A stretch of DNA of 64,000 nucleotides from assembly GCA_963834385.1 (NCBI GenBank), contig CAWIBO010000002.1:128001-192000 (forward strand), given 5' to 3'. The notes under the pieces are model-generated. The model had not been told where the DNA came from, did no database searches, and was given only the letters and a program-made list of their open reading frames with translations. This document shows positions 42,274-53,275 of the stretch, in pieces. Source of the DNA: an uncultured Verrucomicrobiae bacterium (GTDB taxonomy: Bacteria > Verrucomicrobiota > Verrucomicrobiia > Chthoniobacterales > UBA10450). The position numbers and the translations under genes were made by a program. Positions within the stretch are counted from its first letter, which is position 1; every line of letters begins with the position of its first letter.

Positions 42274-43237
42274 TTAGCGCAGCCCGACCGCCTGCCGGAC
42301 CCGTTCCATCACCACCGAAGCCGCGGCCCGGGCCCGTCCGGCCCCCTCGGCCAGGATGGCATCCAGTCGCTCCGGCTCCTTCTCCAGCTCGGCCCGGCGA
42401 GCCCGCATCGGGGCAAAAAACTCCCAGAGCCGGGCGAAAAGTTGCTTCTTGTAATCGCCGTAGCCGGTCCCGCCGCGTCGGAACGAGTCCCGCATTTCCT
42501 CCATCTCGGCGGCGCGTGGCGAAAAGGGAGTAAAGCTGCACCAGGGTGGAACCTTCCGGGTTCTTCGGGCTCTCGACCGGGGCGGAGTCGGTCACGATGC
42601 TCATGACGCGTTTTCGCGTTTCCTTTTCCTCACCGAAAAGGTCGATGGTGTTGCCGTAGCTCTTGCTCATTTTCTGCCCGTCGAGGCCGGGCACGGTCTC
42701 GGTGGCGGCGTTGATCCGGGGCTCCGGCAGCTTGAGGACGTCGCCAAAGGCTTCGTTCAGGCGGCTGGCGATGTCGCGGGTGATCTCGAGATGCTGTTTC
42801 TGGTCCCGGCCGACCGGCACCACGTCGCTGTCGTAGATGAGGATGTCGGCGGCCATTAGGACCGGGTAGGTGAAAAGCCCGGCGTTGGCCGCGACCCCCC
42901 GGGCCACCTTGTCCTTGTAGGAGTGGGCCAGCTCGAGGCGCGACATCGGGGTGACGGTGGAAAGAATCCAGGCCAGTTCCGTGACCTCGGGGACATCCGA
43001 CTGGCGGAAGAGGGCGGCGCGGGCGGGATCGAGTCCGCAGGCGAGGAAATCGAGGGCCACCTGCCGGGTGTGCCGGCGCAGGGCCGCCGGGTCGCGCAGG
43101 GAGGTGAGGGCATGGTAATCAGCGATGAAATAGAAAGCCTCGCCCTCCTGCTGCAGCGCGATGGCGGGGCGCATCATCCCGAAATAATTGCCGAGATGCA
43201 GGAGGCCGCTGGGCTGGATGCCGGAAAGGATGCGCAT
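42274..43237 (-). CDS. trpS: Tryptophan--tRNA ligase, frameshift near 42514
   Basis: 'SGIQPSG.LHLGNY', 'YPVLMAADIL', 'VPVGRDQKQH', 'KMSKS'. The C-terminus 'GYGDYKK...LAEGAGRAR..A..VMERVRQAVGL' is in ORF 42274-42504. Confidence 0.93.
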
Positions 43238-43370
43238 GGAATCAGTCGACAGGATTTACAGGTTTGGGCGGAATGCAATGCGCGAAATGCGCGCTCTTTT
43301 TTGCGTGGCCGTGCATTCCGACGCGGTTTCTGCTCGCAAACCTTCCCGACGGGAATAAGATTTGCCCCCC

Positions 43371-44349
<979 letters not shown>

Positions 44350-44353
44350 CATC

Positions 44354-44911
44354 ATGAAAACGTTCCTCTTCCTCGTCGGTCTCCTTCTTCCGCTCGGCGC
44401 TTTCGCGCAGGGTCAGGAATTCCAACTCACCAAGATCAATCGCGCGCTGATCAGCGCGCCCGATTTCAGCTATACCGGCGCGCAGCAGTACACCACCGAT
44501 CAGCGGGACCGCTGGCTCGAAGTGGAGGCGGAATTTACCGCCGGGCCGGAATGGACCGATGAACTGACCGTCCGGTATTACATCCTCATCGGCGGCAAAC
44601 TGCTCACGGGCGAGGTCACCCACGTCAACATCCCCAAGGGGCGCGACCGCCGCTCGGTGGTCTATGTGGCGCCGCGCACCCTCGCCCGGATCATGGACAA
44701 CAAGCCGCTCCCGCCCAACGCGATTCAGAATATCGCGGTCGAGCTGGTGCAGCAGGGGGCGGTGAAAGCGCAGGGGAGCCTCGATCGGGCTGCGCCCAAC
44801 TGGTATTCCTCCCTGACCCAGGTTCCGGGTTTTGTCCTGAACAAGAGCCAGACGCCTTTCGCGCCCCTTTATTGGAATCGTTACGAGCAGATCAAGGCCG
44901 GTGAGCGCTAA
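44354..44911 (+). CDS. Amuc_1102-like secreted pilus-associated protein
   Basis: Signal peptide; 'WLEVEAEF...DELTVRYYI...[10 protein letters not shown]...[18 protein letters not shown]'; first gene of a PilM-to-secretin cluster. Confidence 0.7.
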   Translation: MKTFLFLVGLLLPLGAFAQGQEFQLTKINRALISAPDFSYTGAQQYTTDQRDRWLEVEAEFTAGPEWTDELTVRYYILIGGKLLTGEVTHVNIPKGRDRRSVVYVAPRTLARIMDNKPLPPNAIQNIAVELVQQGAVKAQGSLDRAAPNWYSSLTQVPGFVLNKSQTPFAPLYWNRYEQIKAGER

Positions 44912-44951
44912 TCATTCGCCCTGGCCCAGCCTTTGTCCTGAGTAGAAAAAA

Positions 44952-46736
44952 GTGCCCGCGTCCCCCCGCATCCTGACCCTCGATCTCGGCTCGCAGACGA
45001 TCAGTTTCGCCGAGTTCGCCGCGCAGGCGAATGGCGGACTGGTGCTTCACTCCTTCCGGCAGCGCGAGATTCTGGGCGAATCGGCCACGGAAGGGTCGCG
45101 CGTGCCCCAGATCACCGAGACGCTCCGCGAAATCATGGCCGACCTCGGCCTGCGCGACGGCAAGGTGAACTATTCGGTGGGCAGCCAGTCGGTCTTCACC
45201 CGCTTCGTCAAGCTGCCCGCGGTCGACGAGGAGAAGATCGAGCGCATCATCGGTTTCGAGGCCCAGCAGAATGTTCCTTTTCCCATCGACGAAGTGGTCT
45301 GGGACTACCAGCTGGTGGGCGGCGGCGCCGAGGAACAGATCCAGGTCGTCCTCGTGGCGATCAAATCAGAGCTGCTCGAGGGGATCAACGGCGCCATCGA
45401 GGCGGCCGGCCTGCGCACCAGCACGGTGGATGTCGCCACCATGGCGATCTATAACGCCTTTCGTTACAACTATCCCGACCTCGACGGCTGCTCCCTCCTT
45501 ATCGACATCGGGGCGCGCACCACCAACGTCCTCTTCATCGAACCGGGCAAGGTTTTCAGCCGCAGCATCCCCAGCGGCGGCAGCTCCGCCAGCGCCGCCA
45601 TCGCCAAGGAACTGGGCGAACCCTTCGCCGCAGCCGAGTTTCGCAAGAAACGCGAGGGCTTCGTCAGCCTCGGCGGCGCCTACGCCGAGCCCTCTGATCC
45701 CGACATCGCCCGCATCTCCAAGCTCGTGCGCAGCACCATGACGCGCCTGCACGCCGAGCTGATGCGCTCCATCAGCCATTACCGGAGCCAGCAGCAGGGG
45801 GCCGCGCCGGAACGGGTTTTCCTCGCCGGCGGGAGCGCCAGCACCCCATACATGCGTGAATTTTTCCGCGAGAAACTCCAGTTGCCGGTGGAGTTCTTCA
45901 ATCCGCTCCGCAATGTCGCGGTCGCGGACGAAAACCTCGCGGCGCAGGTCTCCCATTCCGCGCATCATCTCGGCGAGGTGGTCGGCCTCGCCCTGCGCCG
46001 GGCCACCACCTGCCCAATTGAGCTGAACCTGGCCCCGGTGGCGGTGGTGCGGGAACAGACCTTTGCGCGCCGCCTTCCCTATCTCGCGCTTGCCGCCGCC
46101 TGCCTCATCCTTGGCCTGGCCGGCTGGGGCCTGTATTTTTCGCGCGCCGCTCATGCCGGCCGGGTCGCGGCCGAGCGGCTCCAGGAAAAAGTGGATGAAA
46201 TGCGCCGGGTCGAGGCCGGCCTGAACAGGGTGAAAAAACAAAACGCCGCCATCGACAGCCTGGCCGCCCCGCTCGTGACCGCGATCGAGGAACGCGATTT
46301 CTGGCCTTTGCTTCTGGAAGATCTGAACGCCCGCTTGCCGCAGGAAAACATCTGGATCACCGAGCTGGCGCCCACTTCAGACGGCGCCCCGGTGGGCGTG
46401 GGCGGGGCGCGGGCGCAGGCCATCCCGGCCGCCGCCACCCCTGCGCCGACGCCCCCACCGACAGGCGGGCCGCGTGGTGCCGTCCGGCCCGGCGCCACCC
46501 CCGCGCCGAAACGAATCAACGGCCTGTTTGTGCGCGGTCTTTATCTTGATAACCCGCGGCAGCAGGAGGTGGTGGTAGATTTCTTTCGCAACCTGGTCGA
46601 TTCCCCGCATTTCCAGGTCGACCCGAACAACCAGGCGGGCGTGCTGCGGCCGAGCACGCCGACCGCGACCGAGTGGGCCTATCCCTACGAGCTCAGGCTG
46701 GAGCTGAAACATCCGATTAATCTTTCCGCCCCATGA
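44952..46736 (+). CDS. pilM: Type IV pilus assembly PilM (actin-like) fused to a PilN-like TM/periplasmic domain (Amuc_1101-like)
   Basis: 'LDLGS', 'FEAQQNVPFPIDEVVWDY', 'IDIGARTT', 'FLAGG', 'EFFNPL', 'GLALR', then a TM helix, coiled coil and 'LP.ENIWITEL'. Confidence 0.85.
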   Translation: MPASPRILTLDLGSQTISFAEFAAQANGGLVLHSFRQREILGESATEGSRVPQITETLREIMADLGLRDGKVNYSVGSQSVFTRFVKLPAVDEEKIERIIGFEAQQNVPFPIDEVVWDYQLVGGGAEEQIQVVLVAIKSELLEGINGAIEAAGLRTSTVDVATMAIYNAFRYNYPDLDGCSLLIDIGARTTNVLFIEPGKVFSRSIPSGGSSASAAIAKELGEPFAAAEFRKKREGFVSLGGAYAEPSDPDIARISKLVRSTMTRLHAELMRSISHYRSQQQGAAPERVFLAGGSASTPYMREFFREKLQLPVEFFNPLRNVAVADENLAAQVSHSAHHLGEVVGLALRRATTCPIELNLAPVAVVREQTFARRLPYLALAAACLILGLAGWGLYFSRAAHAGRVAAERLQEKVDEMRRVEAGLNRVKKQNAAIDSLAAPLVTAIEERDFWPLLLEDLNARLPQENIWITELAPTSDGAPVGVGGARAQAIPAAATPAPTPPPTGGPRGAVRPGATPAPKRINGLFVRGLYLDNPRQQEVVVDFFRNLVDSPHFQVDPNNQAGVLRPSTPTATEWAYPYELRLELKHPINLSAP

Positions 46737-47635
46737 ATTGGTTTCGCGAAAATCGAGCCCTCGGCATCTTCGCTCTCGCGGGCGGGATCAGCCTGCTCCT
46801 TGCTCTCTATTTTGTCTGGAGCGCGCGGGCCGCGTTTGCGCGGCAAAGCGAACGGCTGAACGAGGCCACGGCGGAATGGAATCGCCTCCAGCGTCTCGAT
46901 GTTTTTCCCAATGACGCCAACCTCCGGATGGTAGAAACGCAGGCGAAGGAATACGGCGCCGCCCTTGAGAACCTGAAAGGGGAACTGGCGGCGCGGACCC
47001 TTCCGGTCACGCCGCTGGCGCCGAACGAATTCCAGGGGCGGCTGCGCGAAGCGGTCACCCGCGTGGCGACCAAGGCGCGCGCGGCCAGGGTGACTCTCCC
47101 GGACAATTTCTTTCTCGGCTTCGACGAGTATGCCTCGGCTTTGCCCGGGGCGGCGGCCGCGCCGCTCCTGGGACAGCAACTCGAGCAGGTGGAACTTCTG
47201 GCCGGACTCATGATCGAGGCGGGCATCAGCGGGCTGACCACGTTCGAGCGGGGAAAATTGCCGGAGGAGGGGGGCGCCGCGCCCACGCCCACCCCGACGC
47301 CGGGACCCCGGCGCGGCCCGGCCCCCGCGACCGCGGGAGTGAAGATGGTTGAGAGCAGCACAGTCCGCGCCTCCTTCGCCGCCAGCCCGACGGCGCTGCG
47401 TCGCGTGATCAACTCCATCGCGGGCGCCGGTCGCCAATTTTACATCGTGCGCACCCTGCATGTCCTAAATGAGAAAGAAGCCGGTCCGGCTCGGGAAGCG
47501 GCGCCCGTCGAGACGCCCGAGGCCGCGCCCGAAGCCGCTGCCACCCCGGCCAGTGTGGCGGGGCTCACCTTTATCGTCGGGACCGAAAAACTGGCGGCGG
47601 ACGTCGCGATTGAGATTCCGCGGTTTAACTTCTGA
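46733..47635 (+). CDS. Amuc_1100-like (PilO-like) protein
   Basis: N-terminal TM, coiled coil, 'FQGRL', 'FFLGFDEY'; position between PilM/N and the secretin. Confidence 0.7.
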   Translation: MNWFRENRALGIFALAGGISLLLALYFVWSARAAFARQSERLNEATAEWNRLQRLDVFPNDANLRMVETQAKEYGAALENLKGELAARTLPVTPLAPNEFQGRLREAVTRVATKARAARVTLPDNFFLGFDEYASALPGAAAAPLLGQQLEQVELLAGLMIEAGISGLTTFERGKLPEEGGAAPTPTPTPGPRRGPAPATAGVKMVESSTVRASFAASPTALRRVINSIAGAGRQFYIVRTLHVLNEKEAGPAREAAPVETPEAAPEAAATPASVAGLTFIVGTEKLAADVAIEIPRFNF

Positions 47636-48585
47636 TGAACGCGAAAGAGTGGCTCCGGCTTAATTACGATCGCGCCGCGCTGGTGGCGGGCGCGCTTTTT
47701 CTCCTGCTTTCCTCCTTTTTCATCTGGCAGCGCGCCGCCGGTTTTGCCGAGAGTTTTGCCGGCACGCCCGCCGCCGCGGCCGGCCGGAAAACCTCCACCC
47801 TGCCGAGCGCGGGGCGCCTGATCCATTCGCTCGAAAAGATCCGCCAGCCGGCGCAGTGGACCTTCGCCGGGCGCTCCGGTCTTTTCGTCCCGGAACGTCA
47901 TTTCATCTCGGCGAATGGAAGGCCCGCCACCCTGCAAAACACCGAGATTCATCCGCCGGTGCCGAACGCCTGGCTGGAACAATTTTCCCTGCCGATCACC
48001 GATGCCGATGTCCTGGCCCAGGACCCGGACGAGGACGGCTTCACCAACCTCGACGAATGGCAGGGCCGAACCAACCCGACCGAGAAAAACTCGCACCCGG
48101 ATTTCCTGAGCAAACTGAAATTAAAATCGTTTGTGCAGGAACGCTTCCGGCTCGTCTTTTCCTCCTGGGTTGGCGACACCTTCCAGATCAACACCATCGA
48201 CCTGAAGGAACCGACCCAGTTCCTCAAGCTGGGCGATGTCATCCGCGGCACCCGCTTCAAAGTGGTGAAGTTCGAGGAAAAGCGGGCCGCCGATAAATAC
48301 GGGACGGAACAGGACGTCTCGGAGCTGACCCTGGAGCACGAGGGGACCGGCGACCTCCTTCTCCTGGTGAAGGAGAAAGTTTCCATCTCGCCCGAGTCGG
48401 TCGCGAATTTCGTCTATTCCTGGGGGGAACGCCGGGAATTTGCCGTGCGGAAAGACCAGGAATTTTCATTGCCGCCACAGGACCAGATCAGATACAAGCT
48501 GGTGGACGTTCAGCCGGACAAGGCCGTGATCGTCAATGTGCAGAAACCGGAAGAGCGCATTGAGATCGGGCTCCTGGCCGAATAA
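47635..48585 (+). CDS. Amuc_1099-like pilus-system protein
   Basis: N-terminal TM; 'HPPVPNAWL', Ca-binding-like 'DPDEDGFTNLDEW...TNP'; operon position. Confidence 0.7.
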   Translation: MNAKEWLRLNYDRAALVAGALFLLLSSFFIWQRAAGFAESFAGTPAAAAGRKTSTLPSAGRLIHSLEKIRQPAQWTFAGRSGLFVPERHFISANGRPATLQNTEIHPPVPNAWLEQFSLPITDADVLAQDPDEDGFTNLDEWQGRTNPTEKNSHPDFLSKLKLKSFVQERFRLVFSSWVGDTFQINTIDLKEPTQFLKLGDVIRGTRFKVVKFEEKRAADKYGTEQDVSELTLEHEGTGDLLLLVKEKVSISPESVANFVYSWGERREFAVRKDQEFSLPPQDQIRYKLVDVQPDKAVIVNVQKPEERIEIGLLAE

Positions 48586-48607
48586 CCACCGTTTCCCTCC
48601 CCATCCC

Positions 48608-51229
48608 ATGATTCTCTCCCGCACCTGTCTGAAGCTGGGCCTCGTCACCACGCTTATTTCCTTCACCGGCCCGGCCGCGTTCAGCCAGAACGTCGAGCGG
48701 ATCGCGGAACGCGAGATCGAGCGTCGGCAGAACAGCATCTCACAGGGCGAGGCCGCCCTCGGCGTGGCGATGGTGGCTTTGCAGGAAAAGGATTATGCCC
48801 GCGCCTTTGACCAGTATCGCATCGCCCTGGCCCTGATCCCGGCCGGGCACGTGAGCGAACAGCAGCATCGCGCGGCTTTGCAGGGTTACTGTGAAAGCGG
48901 CGTGAAACTGGCCGAGCAGCGGATCGCCGAGGGGAAATACCTCGAGGCGGAACAAATTACCCGCGGCGTCCTCGCGGAGGATCCGCGCTGCCAGCCGGCG
49001 GCCAGCCTCCTGGCGAAGCTGGAACGCCCCGGGCAGATCAACAAGACCATGGGGCCGAAGTTCATCGCCAAGGTCGACGAGGTGCGCAAGCTCCTGGTCG
49101 AGGCCGACGGTTATTACAACACCGGGCGCTACGATCTCGCCTTTAAGAAATACGAGCAGATCCTCAACCTTGATCCCTACAACGCCGCGGCCCGGCGTGG
49201 TCAGGAAAAAATCAACGAGACCAAGATCCGCTACGGCGAAGAGGCCTATAATGAGACGCGTTCGCGCGCCATCTGGCAGGTGCAAAAGGCCTGGGAAAAT
49301 CCGGTGCGCCGCTATGGGCAGACCACCGGGACGGTGAGCGATCCGTTCGGCCAGGATGCCACCGGCACCGCCCGAATCACCAACAAGCTGAACAATATTA
49401 TCATCCCGCGCATCGAGTTCCGCGACGCCAGCATCCGGGAAGCGATCGATTTTCTCCGGCAACAGGCGGCCGCGAACGATCCGGCGGAGGATGGACGCCA
49501 GGGCGTCGATATCGTGCTCCGGTTGCAGACACTCGGCAGCCCCTCTGCGCCGGCCGGGCTGCCGCCCGCGGCCACCCTCGATCCCGCTGCGCCCGCGTTG
49601 GGAGGCGATCCGCTTGCCCCTGTTCCTTCCGTGCCCGCTCCCGTGATACCTTCCGGCCCGGCCATCTCGCCCGCGGACGCGCGCATCACCATCACCTTGA
49701 ACCAGATTCCGCTCGGGGAAGCTCTGCGTTACATCGCCAGCCAGGCCGGTCTGAAAGTGAAAGTGGAGCCGTTCGCTGTCTCCATCATCCCGATCAGCGA
49801 ACAAAGCGCCGACCTGATCACGAAGGAATATCGGGTGCCGCCCGGTTTCATCACCGGCACGCTGAACATTGGCGCCACCACCCTGGGCGCGCCGGCGGCG
49901 AGTGGAGGTCTCGGTGGCGGCACGGCCAAGGACACCCAGGAATCGACCGGCGGTCGGTCGTTGGTCAACCGCGAAGGGGCCAAGGAATTTCTGGAAGGGC
50001 AGGGGGTTCCGTTCCCACAGGGGGCGAGCGCCAATTTCCTGCCGCAGAGCAGCCGCCTGATCGTGCGCAACACGGCGGAGAACCTCGATCTGGTGGACGC
50101 GCTGGTGGAGCAGGCCGCCGTGGCGGGACCGCGACAGGTCGAGATCGAGGCGAAGTTCGTCGAGGTGAACCAGAACAATTTGAAGGAGCTGGGGTTCGAC
50201 TGGCTGCTGGGCCAGTTTAACATCGGCAATGAACGCGTTTTCGGCGGTGGCGGCACCTCCGGCACCGCGCCCGGGATTGATGCGGCGGATTATCCCTTTG
50301 TGCAGCCGAACGGGCAGCCCGTCGGCCAGAACCCGGTGACGGCGGGGAATCGCAGCGGCAACATTGCCATCAGCGCCAACGCCATCGACGCGCTGCTCTT
50401 CGGCACGCAGGGGGCAAGCGCGCTGGCGCCCGGCCTCTTCGGCTTGAGCGGTGTTTTCACCGATCCGCAGTTCCAGTTGGTGGTGCGCGCTCTGAATCAG
50501 AAGAAGGGAATCGATCTTCTGTCCGCACCCAAGGTCACGACCAAGAGCGGCCAGCGCGCGGTCATCGAGATCGTGCGCGAGTTTCGTTATCCGACCCAGT
50601 TTGATCCGCCGCAGATCCCGCAGCAGTTCGGCAGTCTGAACCAGTCGACTCTGCAGGCCGGCCAGGCGCAGGGGGCGAGCGCTTTCCCGGTTACACCAAC
50701 GACGCCGACAGGGTTCGAGACACGCAACACCGGTGTGATGCTGGAGGTGGAGCCGGTGGTGGGCCCGGACGGCGTCACCATCGATCTGAACCTTGTCCCG
50801 CAGGTGGTGGAGTTCGAGGGCTTCATCAACTATGGCAGCCCAATCCAGACGGTTTCCACGAATCTGCTCGGCGTGGCCCAGACGAATGTGCTTACGCCCA
50901 ACGTGATCAACCAGCCGATCTTCAGCTCGCGCAAGGTGACCACCAGCGTGCAGGTCTGGGACGGCCAGACTGTCGTGCTCGGCGGGTTGATGCGCGAGGA
51001 TGTGCAGAAGGTGGAGGACAAAACCCCGCTGCTCGGCGACATCCCGCTGGTAGGCCGTCTTTTCCGGTCCAACGTCGACCAGCACATCAAGCGTAACCTG
51101 GTGATTTTCGTGACGGCACGGCTGGTCGATCCGGCCGGGCAGCCGATCAACCTGCAGGAAGAGCAGGAGGAAATTGAGACCCTGCTGGAACCGCCGCCGC
51201 TGCCGGAGGTTCCCATGTACAAGAAATAG
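48608..51229 (+). CDS. Secretin (PilQ/GspD family, Amuc_1098-like) with N-terminal TPRs
   Basis: 'QVEIEAKFVEV', 'LLSAPKVTT.SG', 'RNTGVMLEVEP', 'GQTVVLGGL', 'PLLGDIPLVGRLFRS', 'NLVIFVT'. Confidence 0.93.
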   Translation: MILSRTCLKLGLVTTLISFTGPAAFSQNVERIAEREIERRQNSISQGEAALGVAMVALQEKDYARAFDQYRIALALIPAGHVSEQQHRAALQGYCESGVKLAEQRIAEGKYLEAEQITRGVLAEDPRCQPAASLLAKLERPGQINKTMGPKFIAKVDEVRKLLVEADGYYNTGRYDLAFKKYEQILNLDPYNAAARRGQEKINETKIRYGEEAYNETRSRAIWQVQKAWENPVRRYGQTTGTVSDPFGQDATGTARITNKLNNIIIPRIEFRDASIREAIDFLRQQAAANDPAEDGRQGVDIVLRLQTLGSPSAPAGLPPAATLDPAAPALGGDPLAPVPSVPAPVIPSGPAISPADARITITLNQIPLGEALRYIASQAGLKVKVEPFAVSIIPISEQSADLITKEYRVPPGFITGTLNIGATTLGAPAASGGLGGGTAKDTQESTGGRSLVNREGAKEFLEGQGVPFPQGASANFLPQSSRLIVRNTAENLDLVDALVEQAAVAGPRQVEIEAKFVEVNQNNLKELGFDWLLGQFNIGNERVFGGGGTSGTAPGIDAADYPFVQPNGQPVGQNPVTAGNRSGNIAISANAIDALLFGTQGASALAPGLFGLSGVFTDPQFQLVVRALNQKKGIDLLSAPKVTTKSGQRAVIEIVREFRYPTQFDPPQIPQQFGSLNQSTLQAGQAQGASAFPVTPTTPTGFETRNTGVMLEVEPVVGPDGVTIDLNLVPQVVEFEGFINYGSPIQTVSTNLLGVAQTNVLTPNVINQPIFSSRKVTTSVQVWDGQTVVLGGLMREDVQKVEDKTPLLGDIPLVGRLFRSNVDQHIKRNLVIFVTARLVDPAGQPINLQEEQEEIETLLEPPPLPEVPMYKK

Positions 51230-51304
51230 CCGGCGCCGGACGTCGGGAGGCTGTGCGCGCAGAAGGGCGAGCGCGCGAGGGAAAGGGGGGTCTTTTTTGG
51301 ATTT

Positions 51305-51910
51305 ATGCCTGTGATCGGAATCACCGGGGGCATCGCCACCGGCAAGACAAGTTTCCGGGAGGAACTGCGGGCCCGGCTCCCGGGCGCGCTCTTCTTTGAT
51401 GCCGACGCCCGGGCGCGTGAGCTGACCGCGCACGACGAGGAGGTGCGGCAGGAAATCCGGGAGCAATTCGGCGCCGGCGTCTTTTTCCCAACTGGGGAGT
51501 TGAATCGCAGCGCTCTGCGTTCGATAATACTGGGCAGCGCGGCCAGGAAGGCAGCGCTCGAAAACATCCTGCACCCCCGCATCCGCCAAAGCTGGCGGTC
51601 CCAATCGGAACCGCGGCGGCATGGACCCGAATTTTTTGTGGCTGATATTCCTCTTCTTTTTGAAACCGGCGGCGAGACGCTCTGCGACCGCGTGGTCGTG
51701 GTCGCCTGCACCGCTGCCCGACAGCTGGAACGGCTCTTGCAGCGTTCGCCTGCGCTCGACCGGGCCACGGGCGAACAAATGATTGCCGCGCAGATGCCGC
51801 TTTTTGAAAAGGTCGGCCGGGCTGATCATGTCGTCTGGAACAATGGCGGTCCGGACACGCTCGCGGACCAGGCTGCCCTGCTCGTCGGCGCCTGGAGGAG
51901 GGGATCGTGA
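51305..51910 (+). CDS. coaE: Dephospho-CoA kinase
   Basis: 'IGITGGIATGKT', 'DAD', 'LENILHP', 'DIPLLFE', 'AQMP'. Confidence 0.95.
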   Translation: MPVIGITGGIATGKTSFREELRARLPGALFFDADARARELTAHDEEVRQEIREQFGAGVFFPTGELNRSALRSIILGSAARKAALENILHPRIRQSWRSQSEPRRHGPEFFVADIPLLFETGGETLCDRVVVVACTAARQLERLLQRSPALDRATGEQMIAAQMPLFEKVGRADHVVWNNGGPDTLADQAALLVGAWRRGS

Positions 51911-53262
51911 GCGACGCGCCCGTCGCCGTGGCGCCACCGCCCGAGCCGGGCGAAGAGCAGTCGGCAAAAACTCCCTACGAGGCGCCTCCCTCCCCGGTGG
52001 TGCCGGAGAAGCTCGACCTGAACGAACTGCAATCGCTTTCGCAGGAGGAGTTCCAGAAGTTTTGCGACAACCTGAACTTCCGCATCCGCGGCGGGGCCTC
52101 ACGTCACTTCCAGATCCTGGACCTGGTCCGCTTTGCCCTGGCCCGCGGGGCCGCCGTCATGGTGGAAGGGTTCCTCGAGCAACGCGACGAGGGCGCGGGT
52201 CTCCTGCGTTCGCCCCGCCTCAATTTTCTCTCGGTCCCGGAGGACGTCTGCGTTCCGCGTCCCGTGATCCAGCAGAACAAGCTTCGGCCCGGGCAAAAAA
52301 TCGGCGGAAAGCTCCGCCTCCCGCGGGACCGCGAAAAATTCCTCGTGCTCGACGAGGTGACGACGATCGAGGGAATGCCCGCGGCGCAGTGGGAGGAACC
52401 GACCGCCTTTGACAACCTGACCCCGGAATACCCGGAAGGGCGCATCATCCTGGAGAACACGGTTACCAACTCACTCAGCGCCCGCGCGGTTGACCTGCTG
52501 ACGCCGCTCGGGCGCGGGCAGCGCGGCCTGATCGTGGCCCCGCCGCGCGTCGGGAAAACGATCATGCTGAAGGAGATCGCGAAGGCCATCCGGGTCAACC
52601 ATCCCGAGATGATCCTGATTCTCCTGCTGGTGGACGAGCGCCCGGAGGAGGTGACCGACCTCAAGCGCGAGGTCGATTGCGATATTTACAGTTCCACCTT
52701 TGATGAAAGCTCGCTGCGCCATGTGCAGGTGGCCGAGCTGGTCCTGGAACGGGCCAAACGTTTGGTCGAGATGAAAAAGGATGTCATTATCCTGCTCGAT
52801 TCCATTACGCGCATGGCCCGCGGTTACAATTCGCTCCAGCCGGGCAAGGGCCGGATCATGTCGGGCGGCGTGGAGGCCAAGGCGCTCCTGAAGCCCAAGA
52901 AATTTTTCGGTGCGGCCCGCAACGTGACCGAAGGCGGCAGCCTCACCATCCTGGCCACGGCCCTGATCGAGACGGGCAGCCGCATGGACGAGGTCATTTT
53001 CGAGGAGTTCAAGGGCACCGGGAACATGGAGCTGCACCTCGACCGCTCGCTCGTGGAGAAACGGCTTTACCCCGCCATCCACGTGGCCCAGTCCGCCACC
53101 CGGCGCGAGGAATTGCTTTATCACCCCGACGAATGGGAGCGGGTGAAGCTCCTCCGCAAAACCATGGCGGCCGTCCCGCCGATCGAGGCCATGGAGGTCC
53201 TGATCAAGAATCTGCAGGCGACAAAAACCAACGCCGAGCTTTTGCTCAGCGGACTGCGCTGA
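51907..53262 (+). CDS. rho: Transcription termination factor Rho
   Basis: '[19 protein letters not shown]', 'DERPEEVTD', 'LLDSITR', '[32 protein letters not shown]'. Confidence 0.97.
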   Translation: MSDAPVAVAPPPEPGEEQSAKTPYEAPPSPVVPEKLDLNELQSLSQEEFQKFCDNLNFRIRGGASRHFQILDLVRFALARGAAVMVEGFLEQRDEGAGLLRSPRLNFLSVPEDVCVPRPVIQQNKLRPGQKIGGKLRLPRDREKFLVLDEVTTIEGMPAAQWEEPTAFDNLTPEYPEGRIILENTVTNSLSARAVDLLTPLGRGQRGLIVAPPRVGKTIMLKEIAKAIRVNHPEMILILLLVDERPEEVTDLKREVDCDIYSSTFDESSLRHVQVAELVLERAKRLVEMKKDVIILLDSITRMARGYNSLQPGKGRIMSGGVEAKALLKPKKFFGAARNVTEGGSLTILATALIETGSRMDEVIFEEFKGTGNMELHLDRSLVEKRLYPAIHVAQSATRREELLYHPDEWERVKLLRKTMAAVPPIEAMEVLIKNLQATKTNAELLLSGLR

Positions 53263-53275
53263 GCAAGAGTCACGG

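Noticed and set aside
42480..42540. Programmed frameshifting in trpS
   Set aside because: No slippery sequence is evident, and the same +1 pattern in six unrelated genes points to sequencing error.
48740..52102. 1120-aa minus-strand ORF, and similar long antisense ORFs (e.g. 11912-13975, 8336-10252, 14217-15707)
   Set aside because: Shadow ORFs opposite well-supported genes, expected at high GC; no recognisable motifs.
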